Positions 11,025 through 20,292 of a DNA stretch of 64,000 nt are shown here, one piece after another; position 1 is the stretch's first letter, and every line of letters starts with the position of its first letter. This DNA is from Gemmatimonadales bacterium. GTDB lineage: Bacteria; Gemmatimonadota; Gemmatimonadetes; Gemmatimonadales; GWC2-71-9. The translations under genes and the position numbers were made by a program. The notes under the pieces were generated by a model. That model ran no database searches and had not been told where the DNA came from. It was given only the letters and a program-made list of their open reading frames with translations. The stretch is taken from contig JBDIWC010000003.1 in the NCBI GenBank assembly GCA_039794085.1, positions 64,001-128,000 of the forward strand, read 5' to 3'.

Positions 11025-11814
11025 CACCCGGCCCGGCCCGGATCGTGTCCAGCAACCAGCGGTGGATGATCGGGTTGCCGGCCACCACGGTGCCGTGCCG
11101 TGGCGTCCTTCCCTGACCCTGCCCATCGGTGACGACGCCCCCCGCCTCCCGGATCAGCAGAAGGCCGGCCGCCATGTCCCAGGGCGCCAGGTGCAGCTCC
11201 CAGAATCCATCGAAGCGTCCCGCCGCCACGTCGGCCAGGTCGAGTGCGGCGGAACCAGCCCGGCGGATCCCGCTCGTGGCCAGGAGGACTGATGCGAACT
11301 GGCGTTGGTAGGCGTCGAGAGCCTCGGGGTTCTTGAAGGGGAATCCCGTCCCGATGAGGGCAAACCGGGGATCCCCGACCCGGGACACCAGCAGGGGATG
11401 ACCGTTTTCCCACGCGCCATGGCCCAGAGCGGCAGTGCATACCCGGTCATCCCCGGGGCGATGAACAACCCCGGCGAGGACCTCGTCTCCGTCCACGGCG
11501 GCGATCGACACGGCCCAGGCGGGATACCGGTGCAGGAAGTTGGTGGTGCCATCCAGCGGATCCACGATCCAGTGCAGGCCCGCCGGGCTCTGGTCCGGGG
11601 AAAGCTCCTCCCCGAGGACCGGGGCGGAGGATCCGGTGGCCAGCTCCTCCCGGATCACGGCTTCGGCCTCCCGGTCCACCTCGGTCACGAAATCGCTTCG
11701 GCCCTTGAGAGTCCAGCGGGCGGGATCGCCGGGAACCGGAACCGTGCGCAGGAAGGCGGCGGCGCGGGCGGCAGCCCGGGTGGCCAAGGCCAGTAAGTTC
11801 AAGGGAGAGTTCAT
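10981..11814 (-). CDS. suhB: Inositol monophosphatase family (SuhB-like)
   Basis: DFVTEVD, GEE, WIVDPLDGTTNF, GSAALDLA, WDMAAG; ATG at 11814 inside the longer ORF call. Confidence 0.9.
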   Translation of the reverse strand: MNSPLNLLALATRAAARAAAFLRTVPVPGDPARWTLKGRSDFVTEVDREAEAVIREELATGSSAPVLGEELSPDQSPAGLHWIVDPLDGTTNFLHRYPAWAVSIAAVDGDEVLAGVVHRPGDDRVCTAALGHGAWENGHPLLVSRVGDPRFALIGTGFPFKNPEALDAYQRQFASVLLATSGIRRAGSAALDLADVAAGRFDGFWELHLAPWDMAAGLLLIREAGGVVTDGQGQGRTPRHGTVVAGNPIIHRWLLDTIRAGPGATPGGGSGSAAPRR

Positions 11815-11850
11815 CTTGCGGCGATTGTCCCAGGTTGTTAGTTTGATGAG

Positions 11851-12843
11851 ATGCCTCGGATATTCTCGGGAATTCAGCCGACCGGCGACCTGCATATCGG
11901 AAACTGGCTCGGCGCCGTTCAAAACTGGGTCCACCTCCAGGATCAGATGGAGTGCATCTACTGCATCGTGGACCTGCACTCCCTCACGGGGGGCTACGAC
12001 GTGCCCACCATGGCCTCGCGGACCCGGGACATGGCCATCGGTCTTCTCGCGGCCGGGATCGATCCGGAACGCTCCATTCTCTTCGTCCAGTCCCGCGTGG
12101 CTGAGCATTCCGAACTGCAGTGGCTCTTCACGACGTTGACGCCGCTGGGCGAACTGGAGCGCATGACGCAGTTCAAAGATAAGTCGGAACGTCTGGAAAG
12201 TGTGCCGGCCGGTCTCCTCGCCTACCCGATTCTTCAGGCGGCGGACATCCTCCTCTACCGCGCCGATCGGGTGCCGGTGGGGGAGGACCAGCTCCAGCAC
12301 CTTGAGCTGACCCGCGAGATCGCCCGGAAGTGGAACTCGGCGTTTGCGGAGACCGATCCCTTCTTCCCGGAGCCGCAGGCGCTTCTGACGCCCGCGCGGC
12401 GGATCCTGGGACTCGACGGCCAGTCCAAGATGTCGAAGAGTCTGGGCAATACGATCGGACTTCTCGACCCGCCGGACGTCGTGTGGAACAAGCTCCGTCC
12501 CGCCATGACCGATCCGGCCCGGGTCACCCGCCGTGATCCGGGGAATCCGGAGGTGTGCAACATGTTCACTCTGCACCGATCGTTCTCCCCGCCGGACACG
12601 GTGGCGACGGTGGACGCGCAATGCCGGTCCGCGGGATGGGGGTGCCTCGATTGCAAGCGTGTGCTGGCCGACGCGATGGAAACGGCGCTGGGACCGATCC
12701 GGGCCACGGCCGAGGTTCTGAAGGGTGATCCGGCGTCCGTGGACAGGATACTGGAGACGGGCGCGGAGCGGGCCCGGATCCTGGCGCACGAGACGATGGC
12801 CGAGGTACGCGATCGCATGGGTTTCTGGCACCCGGAGGTTTGA
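11851..12843 (+). CDS. trpS: Tryptophan--tRNA ligase
   Basis: SGIQPTG, HIGN, YPILQAADILLY, VPVGEDQ, KMSKS. Confidence 0.97.
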   Translation: MPRIFSGIQPTGDLHIGNWLGAVQNWVHLQDQMECIYCIVDLHSLTGGYDVPTMASRTRDMAIGLLAAGIDPERSILFVQSRVAEHSELQWLFTTLTPLGELERMTQFKDKSERLESVPAGLLAYPILQAADILLYRADRVPVGEDQLQHLELTREIARKWNSAFAETDPFFPEPQALLTPARRILGLDGQSKMSKSLGNTIGLLDPPDVVWNKLRPAMTDPARVTRRDPGNPEVCNMFTLHRSFSPPDTVATVDAQCRSAGWGCLDCKRVLADAMETALGPIRATAEVLKGDPASVDRILETGAERARILAHETMAEVRDRMGFWHPEV

Positions 12844-12844
12844 G

Positions 12845-13945
12845 ATGGCTGGCGCATCGATGGAAAAGATCATCAAGGCGGCCGTGGAACGCGGGGCCTC
12901 GGACCTGCACATCAAGGCGGGAGACGTGTTTCGCGCCCGGATCAACGGGCAGTTGGTCCCCCTGACGAAACAGCGACTGACGCCCGATCAGACCCGGGCC
13001 ATCACCATCCGGCTCCTCGGGTCCGACGAGGCGCGCACGCGTCTGGACCAGCTGCATGACTTCGACTGCAGTTGGGGAATGCCGGGGGTGGGTCGTTTCC
13101 GGGTCAATATCCTCCGGCAGCGCTCCTCCTTCATGATCGTCATGCGGGTGATTCCCTTTTCGGTCCCCACGTTCGACTCGCTCCATCTCCCCCCCTCGCT
13201 GGGACGCCTGGCCGAAGGCGAACGAGGCCTGGTGCTGGTGACCGGGGTGAGCGGGAGCGGAAAGAGCTCGACCATCGCCGCGATGGTGCAACACGTCAAC
13301 CAGAATTCCCAGCGCCACATCGTGACCATCGAGAACCCGATCGAGTTCCTGCACCGGGATCTGCGAAGCTCGGTGACCCAGCGTGAGGTGGGCGTGGACA
13401 CCGAGTCGACCGGGGTGGCCCTGCGGGCGGCCCTGCGTCAGGATCCCGATGTGGTGGTGATCGGGGACCTCCGGGATCCGGCCACGGTGGACATCGCCAT
13501 CAAGGCCGCGGAAACGGGGCACCTCGTTCTGGCGGCCATGCCCACACCGGATGTGCTGACGACGATCGGGCAGATCCTGGCCACCCTGCCGACGGAGGAA
13601 CGGGACATCGGGCGGGTGCGGTTTTCCGAGGCGCTCCGGGCGATCGTGTCGCAACAACTGCTGCCCCGGGCCGATGGGGAGGGGCGCATCGTGGCCACGG
13701 AGGTGCTGATCGGGGGCGGGACCGTGCGGCAGGCCCTGCGGGACCCGGCGCGGATCGTCGACCTTCGGGGGATCATGGAGAATGGCGGGGAGCAGGGGAT
13801 GTGGACCTTCCAGCAATCGGTGGACCAACTGGTGACCGATGGCCTCGTGGACCAGGAAACCGCCGATGCCGTCGCGGGAACCGACGAGGAGGACGCCTCC
13901 GGAGAAACCCGGGAGCCGCGTCGCCGGCGCCGGGGCCGCGGGTGA
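12845..13945 (+). CDS. PilT/PilU-family type IV pilus ATPase with degenerate catalytic motifs
   Basis: ASDLHI, GRFRVN, Walker A GVSGSGKS, QREVG, LRQDPDV, AAETGHLV. Confidence 0.88.
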   Translation: MAGASMEKIIKAAVERGASDLHIKAGDVFRARINGQLVPLTKQRLTPDQTRAITIRLLGSDEARTRLDQLHDFDCSWGMPGVGRFRVNILRQRSSFMIVMRVIPFSVPTFDSLHLPPSLGRLAEGERGLVLVTGVSGSGKSSTIAAMVQHVNQNSQRHIVTIENPIEFLHRDLRSSVTQREVGVDTESTGVALRAALRQDPDVVVIGDLRDPATVDIAIKAAETGHLVLAAMPTPDVLTTIGQILATLPTEERDIGRVRFSEALRAIVSQQLLPRADGEGRIVATEVLIGGGTVRQALRDPARIVDLRGIMENGGEQGMWTFQQSVDQLVTDGLVDQETADAVAGTDEEDASGETREPRRRRRGRG

Positions 13946-14044
13946 GGTTGGTGAATTCCCCCGGCCGGGATATCCTTGCCGGGTATGCAGGCTCACGGCT
14001 CCGGAAGCGGAGCCGTTTTCTCGGAAAGGGACCGCGGGGTATCC

Positions 14045-15325
14045 ATGTTTGATCAAGATCTGCGTTGTGTCGTCGTGGTCGGAGCCCAATGGGGAGACGA
14101 GGGGAAGGGGAAGCTCGTCGATGTCCTGGCCGAGCGTGCCGATGTGGTGGTGCGCTACCAGGGCGGAGCCAACGCCGGCCATACGGTGGTCACGGAGGAC
14201 GGCACCTTCGTCCTGCACCAGATCCCCTCCGGGATACTGCACCGCGGGTCGGAATGCCTGGTGGGGAATGGGGTGGTGCTCGATTCCGAGACCTTCTTCG
14301 CCGAACTCGACGCGCTCCATGCCAAGGGAGTCGAGACGGAGGGGCGCCTGTACGTCTCGGACCGGGCCCACCTCGTTCTTCCCCTGCACAAGGTGATGGA
14401 TGCCGCCCGGGAACGGAGCGAGAACATCGGGACCACGGGGCGGGGAATCGGGCCGGCCTATGAGGACAAGACCGGTCGGCGGGGAATCCGGGTGGGGGAT
14501 CTCCGCGATCTCGAGGTGGTGGCTCGTGCCGTGGAGGATCGCGTGGAGCGGGCCAACGCGATCCTCGCCATGCTCGGGGGCACGGACCGGGTATCCGCGG
14601 CGGAGCATGTGGCGCTGCTCGCACGCCTTGCTCCCCGTCTGCTCCCCTTGGCCTGTGACACTGGTCACCGGCTGCATGCCGCCCTGGCCGCTGGCAAGCG
14701 GGTGCTTCTCGAAGGGGCCCAGGGGGCACTCCTCGACATCGATCATGGAACCTATCCCTACGTGACCTCCTCGAACACGACGGCCGGAGGGGCCGCCGTG
14801 GGGGCCGGGATTGGTCCGACGGCGATGGATGGTGTCCTGGGCGTGGTCAAGGCGTACACGACCCGGGTCGGGAATGGGCCCTTGCCGAGCGCCGCCGACG
14901 CGGGGGCGGAGGAGCGCCTGCGCACCCTCGGCGGGGAATTCGGCGCCACGACCGGACGCCCTCGGCGGTGCGGGTGGTTCGACGCGATGGTGGTGGCCTA
15001 CGCGACCCGGGTGAATGGATTGACGGGCCTGGCGGTGACCAAGCTCGACGTGCTCGACACCTTCCCGGAGATCCCGGTGTGCGTGGGGTATAGCCGTCAC
15101 GGGTCGCCCGTCGAGGTGTTCCCGTCGGAGGTCGAGGCGCTGGAGGGAGTGGAGCCGGTCTGGGAAACGCTTCCGGGGTGGCAGGAACCGACCACCGGGG
15201 CCCGGCGCATCGCCGATCTGCCCCGAGCGGCGCGGGCCTATCTGGACCGGATCGAGGCCCTGTCCGGGGCCCCGATCCGCTATGTGAGCGTCGGGACCCA
15301 CCGCGACCAGATCATCGCGGTGTAA
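14045..15325 (+). CDS. purA: Adenylosuccinate synthetase
   Basis: GAQWGDEGKGK, GGANAGHT, IGTTGRGIGPAY, EGAQG, GATTGRPRRCGW. Confidence 0.98.
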   Translation: MFDQDLRCVVVVGAQWGDEGKGKLVDVLAERADVVVRYQGGANAGHTVVTEDGTFVLHQIPSGILHRGSECLVGNGVVLDSETFFAELDALHAKGVETEGRLYVSDRAHLVLPLHKVMDAARERSENIGTTGRGIGPAYEDKTGRRGIRVGDLRDLEVVARAVEDRVERANAILAMLGGTDRVSAAEHVALLARLAPRLLPLACDTGHRLHAALAAGKRVLLEGAQGALLDIDHGTYPYVTSSNTTAGGAAVGAGIGPTAMDGVLGVVKAYTTRVGNGPLPSAADAGAEERLRTLGGEFGATTGRPRRCGWFDAMVVAYATRVNGLTGLAVTKLDVLDTFPEIPVCVGYSRHGSPVEVFPSEVEALEGVEPVWETLPGWQEPTTGARRIADLPRAARAYLDRIEALSGAPIRYVSVGTHRDQIIAV

Positions 15326-15353
15326 TCCCGACAGGAGGGCACGAGAGTTCGGG

Positions 15354-17129
15354 CTACTGCTGGTAGAGCGTGAACCAGGTGTTGATGTCGAATCCCACCG
15401 GGTCCATGGAGTAGAACCGGTTGCGGGAGAAGTGCCCGGTGGTCGGGAAGTACGGCGGCGGGTCGGTCAGAGCGCAGGTGTTGTAGGAGTAGCGCTTGAC
15501 GTTGCCGGTCCCGGCGGTGGTGCCCACGGGCCCGCGAACCGATTGGATGATCCCCCCCGTGAGACGGAGGCAGCCCCGGCCCCAGTTGGTGGTCTCGCAC
15601 TTCTCCTCCTTCTTCGGACCCGTGGTATGATTCTGGACCCCGAACTGGCCGAGAGCAAGAACCACGGCGTGGATGAATTCATCCTGGTTGCCGGTGGTCC
15701 GCATGGTCTTGTAGGTAGTCCCCGCCACGTTGACCGGTGCGTTGAGCAGGTTGTCCGCCACGGTCACGTTCCCCATGGAAAAGATGCCGACGATGTCGTC
15801 ACAGACCCCGATCGCGGGGTCGCTGGCCTGACGGAGGTTGTCGGCGAGGATGATGTCGTTGGGCGAGGCGATGGTCACCCGTCCGCGCACCGTCCCACTG
15901 ATGGCCACCTTCCCGTTGACGAAGATGACTCCCTTGAAGTTCGGGTTCAGGCCACGGGAGAGGGGGTGCAGGTACGGGGCCTCCAGAGGCCGGAGAGCCG
16001 CCAGCGCCGGGTCGATGGCCCCTCCCCAGGGCAGCCACGCCCCCCGGGAGGTGCTCGGCACGAAGCCGTTGGTGAGCACCGGGTCCCCTCCGAGGTAGCA
16101 TCGGGCGGTGGCATCGTTCAATGAGGCCTGCTTGGCGTGGGTTCCGGGAGGTGCACTGCCCGGAATGGGAGGATTTGGGTGATCGGCGGTGGCGAGGAAG
16201 TCGGGTGCATGGATGCCTTGGGTGTCGCCACAGTTGACGGTGTTGGTGATCGAGCCGGATGGCCGGGCCGCCGTCACGAATCCCTCCTCGCCTGAGGCGC
16301 CTTGATAGATACGGAAGAACCCCTCGTTGTCGTCGGTCACGTCTCCGTCGCCATTCAGATCGATGGCCACGAACTCGATACGGGTCCGCGCGGTCCCGGC
16401 GCCGCCGGTCGTGAAACCCGAGAACGAGGTTCCGCCGAGGCCGGCCTGGGTCTGCAGCTTGTTCATCGCCGCGATGGTGGGCAGGGGGATGATGGGCACG
16501 TTCTCCAGGTACCCCTTGTCGAACGTACCGTTGCCGGGGCTGATCACGCGGCGCGCGGTGCGCACCTCGTCCCGGAAACGGGCACCCGAGCTGTAGATGC
16601 AGATGTCGTCATTGGAATGAACCGGGCCGAAGATCTGGTCGCCTCCGCCAAAACAGATGCCGGTGTTCTCGTTGTCGGTGAAATAGGCGAACTTGGCGAA
16701 GCTCTCCTGATCGATCTCCATCCGGCGCACCATCAGAATGTTGGCGTTGTCGCTCACGGTGCTGATGACGCTGCCGAAGACCCCGAACTGACCGCTGCTG
16801 ACCCCGCTCGGGCCGGCGTAGGTGGTGCGGGAGAGGCCGGGAATCACGTTGCCGGCAGCGTCGAGGACCGCGGCCCCGCTCTCGAGGGTGACGAACCCGG
16901 AATCGGGGTAGAGGAGGGGAGTCCCGTTGAGCTGGCTCCGGCCCTCGTCCAGACCGGACAGGGCGGCGTTTTCCAGGGCGGTCATCCTCTCGCTGTAGCG
17001 ACGGATCATCGTGGAGTTGGTGGTGACCAGCGCTCCCCCGATGATGAGGGCGCTCAGGGCAAGCGACACCAAAAGGACGGTGAAGAGCGCGATCCCCTTC
17101 GTGTCCCGGAGTGAAGGCACGTGTGCCAT
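15354..17129 (-). CDS. PilX-like minor pilin/assembly protein with large C-terminal domain
   Basis: KG|IALFTVLLV prepilin-like N-terminus lacking Glu5; GPVHSN motif; last gene of pilin cluster. Confidence 0.7.
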   Translation of the reverse strand: MAHVPSLRDTKGIALFTVLLVSLALSALIIGGALVTTNSTMIRRYSERMTALENAALSGLDEGRSQLNGTPLLYPDSGFVTLESGAAVLDAAGNVIPGLSRTTYAGPSGVSSGQFGVFGSVISTVSDNANILMVRRMEIDQESFAKFAYFTDNENTGICFGGGDQIFGPVHSNDDICIYSSGARFRDEVRTARRVISPGNGTFDKGYLENVPIIPLPTIAAMNKLQTQAGLGGTSFSGFTTGGAGTARTRIEFVAIDLNGDGDVTDDNEGFFRIYQGASGEEGFVTAARPSGSITNTVNCGDTQGIHAPDFLATADHPNPPIPGSAPPGTHAKQASLNDATARCYLGGDPVLTNGFVPSTSRGAWLPWGGAIDPALAALRPLEAPYLHPLSRGLNPNFKGVIFVNGKVAISGTVRGRVTIASPNDIILADNLRQASDPAIGVCDDIVGIFSMGNVTVADNLLNAPVNVAGTTYKTMRTTGNQDEFIHAVVLALGQFGVQNHTTGPKKEEKCETTNWGRGCLRLTGGIIQSVRGPVGTTAGTGNVKRYSYNTCALTDPPPYFPTTGHFSRNRFYSMDPVGFDINTWFTLYQQ

Positions 17130-17152
17130 GGAAGAGTCTCCCGCGTGGTCTG

Positions 17153-18313
17153 TCATGGTATGGACACCACCCCGGACAGGCTCCGGGTGGAAAGGGATGG
17201 GGTGCAGTCCTGGGCCTCGAGGGCGTACTCGTAGTCCGTCCCGGAGACGATGTTGAGATCCGAGAAAAGATAGGACGCGACGCCGCCGGAGGAGAGTGAG
17301 GCGTAGGGATCACCCCAGGCATTGCCCGGGATGCGCCGGTAGATGACGTATCGAATGATGTCCTTCTCCCCCGCGGCCTCGTCGATGGCCGGAGCCCAGG
17401 TGAGATCCACCGAGGGAGTGGGTCCCGGTATGTATGCGGCCACCAGGGGCTGGCCGAGCTGCGGCTGGTCGCCGCAGCTTTGAAGCTTTTTCAACCCCAT
17501 GTTGTGCAGGGGGATGATGGTCTGGATATCGCGGATCCTTTCCGCTGGGCCCGCCCGCCCATTCGTGATGCGGTAGCGCACTTCCACCGCCCGCAGGTTG
17601 TCAATCCGGGCGACCACGCCGGTGTCCGGCAACTGTCCGTGGTTGGGGGCCGTATGCCGGAGAGGATACCAGGACGTGGGAACCGTGTCGAGAGTCGAAT
17701 TCCCCACGGCGGGAATCACCAGGTGGTAGTAGCGCAGAAACGTTCCGGCGGCCGGGAGGAGCACATTGCGGAGCACCGTCTCCTCCCGTTGCCCGTTCAC
17801 GCCGCGAACCAGGAGAAAGTCATCCGGCCGGGCCGTGGTCGAATCGTCCGTGAACCAGTAGGTGACCGTCTCCGCCATGCTCCCCGGGTAGACGGCAAGA
17901 GGATGGGAAAAGGCGGGGGCCGATCCGGGAACCGTCACCGATCCCACCGCCGTGAGGGCGGTGACCTGCCCCGCCGGTGCATTCGGGTCGACGTAGATCG
18001 CCGAGATATCACCCATCAGGTTGGACACCAGGTCGGCGTTGAAGGCGAAGGCGCTGGGGCCGGCATAGACCACCGGCGGTTGGCGAGCCTCGGTGTTGGC
18101 TCCCGCGGTCCGGAGCTCCTCACTCAGGATGTCCACGCCGAACCGCAGATTCTGCACGATCCCCATCTCGTCCGCTCCGCGTGCAAATCCGGACGACTGG
18201 GTGCTCAGGGCCTTGAGTGTTCCCGCCAGGACAACCAGGAAAACCGTCATCGAGACGAGCATCTCCACCAGGGTGAGGCCTCGGCGGTTGCGGACACGGG
18301 AAGAGTTGGTCAT
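17153..18313 (-). CDS. Prepilin-type N-terminal cleavage/methylation protein (PilW-like) with C-terminal FnIII-like segment
   Basis: RRG|LTLVEMLV; C-terminal LTW...YVIYRR...YEYALEAQD. Confidence 0.8.
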   Translation of the reverse strand: MTNSSRVRNRRGLTLVEMLVSMTVFLVVLAGTLKALSTQSSGFARGADEMGIVQNLRFGVDILSEELRTAGANTEARQPPVVYAGPSAFAFNADLVSNLMGDISAIYVDPNAPAGQVTALTAVGSVTVPGSAPAFSHPLAVYPGSMAETVTYWFTDDSTTARPDDFLLVRGVNGQREETVLRNVLLPAAGTFLRYYHLVIPAVGNSTLDTVPTSWYPLRHTAPNHGQLPDTGVVARIDNLRAVEVRYRITNGRAGPAERIRDIQTIIPLHNMGLKKLQSCGDQPQLGQPLVAAYIPGPTPSVDLTWAPAIDEAAGEKDIIRYVIYRRIPGNAWGDPYASLSSGGVASYLFSDLNIVSGTDYEYALEAQDCTPSLSTRSLSGVVSIP

Positions 18314-18690
18314 GGCGCCGCCACGGAAATGGACCGGGAGACGGGGGCCGGGAGGCCCGGGCCGTCCACCGTCACGGTGATCCGCTTGTAGTCATCGGGT
18401 TGGTTCAGGCCTCCGATGCGCGCGATGGTTGTGGTACGGGTCCACCCCGCCTGCGGGGTATCGGCTTCGACGCCCGCATAGGCGGAGTCGAGGGTGGAAT
18501 ACACGGGCCACTGCCGGGTGAGCGCCAGCTTCTCGTCCGCCGCCTTGGCCGCAATCGTGCGCGACCGGTCATCGGTCACGGTGTGGAGCATTCGGGACGT
18601 GGTGGAGAGAAGCCCCAGCATGACGATCCCGAGCATCGCCACGGCGATGGCGACCTCGATCAGGGTGAATCCGGCGCGCGATCGAACCAT
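18310..18690 (-). CDS. Minor pilin, PilV-like
   Basis: RAG|FTLIEVAIAVAML; YKRITVTV. Confidence 0.8.
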   Translation of the reverse strand: MVRSRAGFTLIEVAIAVAMLGIVMLGLLSTTSRMLHTVTDDRSRTIAAKAADEKLALTRQWPVYSTLDSAYAGVEADTPQAGWTRTTTIARIGGLNQPDDYKRITVTVDGPGLPAPVSRSISVAAP

Positions 18691-18692
18691 GG

Positions 18693-19277
18693 TCAGAACC
18701 CCCGGCGCCAGGCGTTGTCGATGTAGCGCATCCACTCGACCCGGCCCGTGGCGCGCACAATGGACACCGCCCGTGTATCCGACTGATTGTTGGGATCACC
18801 GGCCTGGGCCCGGACCGATGTGAGGTAGAATCCCCCCGCAAAATTGGCGCTGCCGTTCCGGTGAAACACCAGGGTGGGGAGTCCCGTCATCCCGACGGGG
18901 AAGTTCACCAGGGCAGCGCCGAAGGGAAGAGCTGGAGCTCCCGCCCTCCCGAAAACGACCTGCGATTCCAGGGGGACGGCTCGCGATCTTTCCCCGGCGT
19001 CCAGGCTGCCGTTGTTGTTCGCGTCGAAGATCATACGGACCGTTCCTCCCGGCTCGTCGAAGGTGACCAGCACGTCGTGCTGCCGGGCGATCCCCTCGCG
19101 TTGGGCGGCCTGAAGGGCCGTGCCCAGGCCGATCATCGCACTTTCGGCCTCGGTCCGGGATACATTGATCCGGGGAAGGGCGATGGTCGTCAGGATCCCG
19201 ATGATGGTGACCGTGACGAGCATCTCCATCAGGGTGAAGCCGTGGGACAATCTGCTGTTGCTCGGCGCTGCGGTCAT
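18693..19277 (-). CDS. Minor pilin, FimT/GspH-like
   Basis: HG|FTLMEMLVTVTIIGIL...ALP; AAQREGIAR; AGGAGG SD before ATG 19277. Confidence 0.82.
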   Translation of the reverse strand: MTAAPSNSRLSHGFTLMEMLVTVTIIGILTTIALPRINVSRTEAESAMIGLGTALQAAQREGIARQHDVLVTFDEPGGTVRMIFDANNNGSLDAGERSRAVPLESQVVFGRAGAPALPFGAALVNFPVGMTGLPTLVFHRNGSANFAGGFYLTSVRAQAGDPNNQSDTRAVSIVRATGRVEWMRYIDNAWRRGF

Positions 19278-19321
19278 CAGCCCTCCTGGGCCCGTGCGGA
19301 GATATTTCCTCAGTTCCATCC

Positions 19322-19337
19322 AGCAAGCGACGTGCCG
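19322..19337 (-). promoter_or_regulatory. Putative sigma54 (-24/-12) promoter of the pilin cluster
   Basis: Minus strand CGGCAC-GTCGC-TTGCT (GG-N10-GC), about 45 nt upstream of the FimT-like start. Confidence 0.65.
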
Positions 19338-19566
19338 GGGGTGCCACCGCGTCGGATTGTGTCACCAACGCCTTGGGAGACAGTGACTTGTATCCCCGAG
19401 GAACAACCCGGTTCTTCCCCCCCCCGCTGTAGTGGTGCCGTCGCATTCTGCGGAGGTCGAACAACGGGAATGACAAAGAAGGATACAGCATGACAAATGT
19501 TGCAGTCCGGGGGATAGATACTTGCAAGACGGGAAATCACAGCCTAGTGGCTGGGAGCCGAAATCC

Positions 19567-20292
19567 GTGACTCGAGAAGAATTCGATCACCTGATCCGGG
19601 GCATGATGGCCGACATGCCCGAGGAGTATCTCCATGGGGTCGCCGGGATCGATATTTCTCCCCGGGCCGTTCCCCACCCGGTCCACGCGGGAATCTTCAC
19701 TCTCGGCGAATGCATTCCCTTGCCCGCCACCGACGACTCCCCCGAGGGAATCCAGAGCCGCATCGTGCTCTACCACGGCTCCTTCCGGGCCCTCGCCTCG
19801 ATGCGGGATGACTTTGACTGGAAGGGCGAAGCCTGGGAAACCCTGACCCACGAAATCCGGCACCACCTGGAGTGGAAGGCCCGGGTTCCCGACCTGGAAG
19901 CGTACGATGACGCGTGCGAACAGAACTTCGCCCGGCAGGAAGGGGACCCCTTCGATCCGATGTTCTATCGGGGAGGAGAACGGCTGGCCGAGGGCGTATT
20001 CAAGGTGGAGGAGGACGTGTTCCTTGAACGTCGACTGGTGCGTCTCCCGCCGGAAATCACGGTCGCCTGGCATGGACGGGAGCATCGGGTGCGGATCCCC
20101 CGCGGTCTCTCCCTCCCGCTCTTCCTCTCCCTGGAAGGCCTCGAACCCGACCCTTCCGGGGAGGTTGTCCTGGCCCTCCATCGCCGATCACTTCTCGGCG
20201 CCCTGTTCCGGCCGCGACCCGTCACCCAGGAGGTGGCCGAAGCGATCCCCGAGGGCCTATCTTCCGGGCAGAGGACAGAGGAGGAGACCTGA
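19567..20292 (+). CDS. Zincin-like (minimal) metallopeptidase family protein
   Basis: HEIRH HExxH motif, RIVLYHGSF, TLGEC; start uncertain. Confidence 0.75.
   Translation: MTREEFDHLIRGMMADMPEEYLHGVAGIDISPRAVPHPVHAGIFTLGECIPLPATDDSPEGIQSRIVLYHGSFRALASMRDDFDWKGEAWETLTHEIRHHLEWKARVPDLEAYDDACEQNFARQEGDPFDPMFYRGGERLAEGVFKVEEDVFLERRLVRLPPEITVAWHGREHRVRIPRGLSLPLFLSLEGLEPDPSGEVVLALHRRSLLGALFRPRPVTQEVAEAIPEGLSSGQRTEEET

Noticed and set aside
11815..12945. N-terminal extension of the suhB ORF call
   Set aside because: Antisense to trpS; the IMPase domain begins at ATG 11814.
12566..15301. 911-aa minus-strand ORF (similarly 53350-55965, 29437-31557, 51368-53470 and others)
   Set aside because: Antisense shadows of well-supported genes, expected in high-GC DNA.
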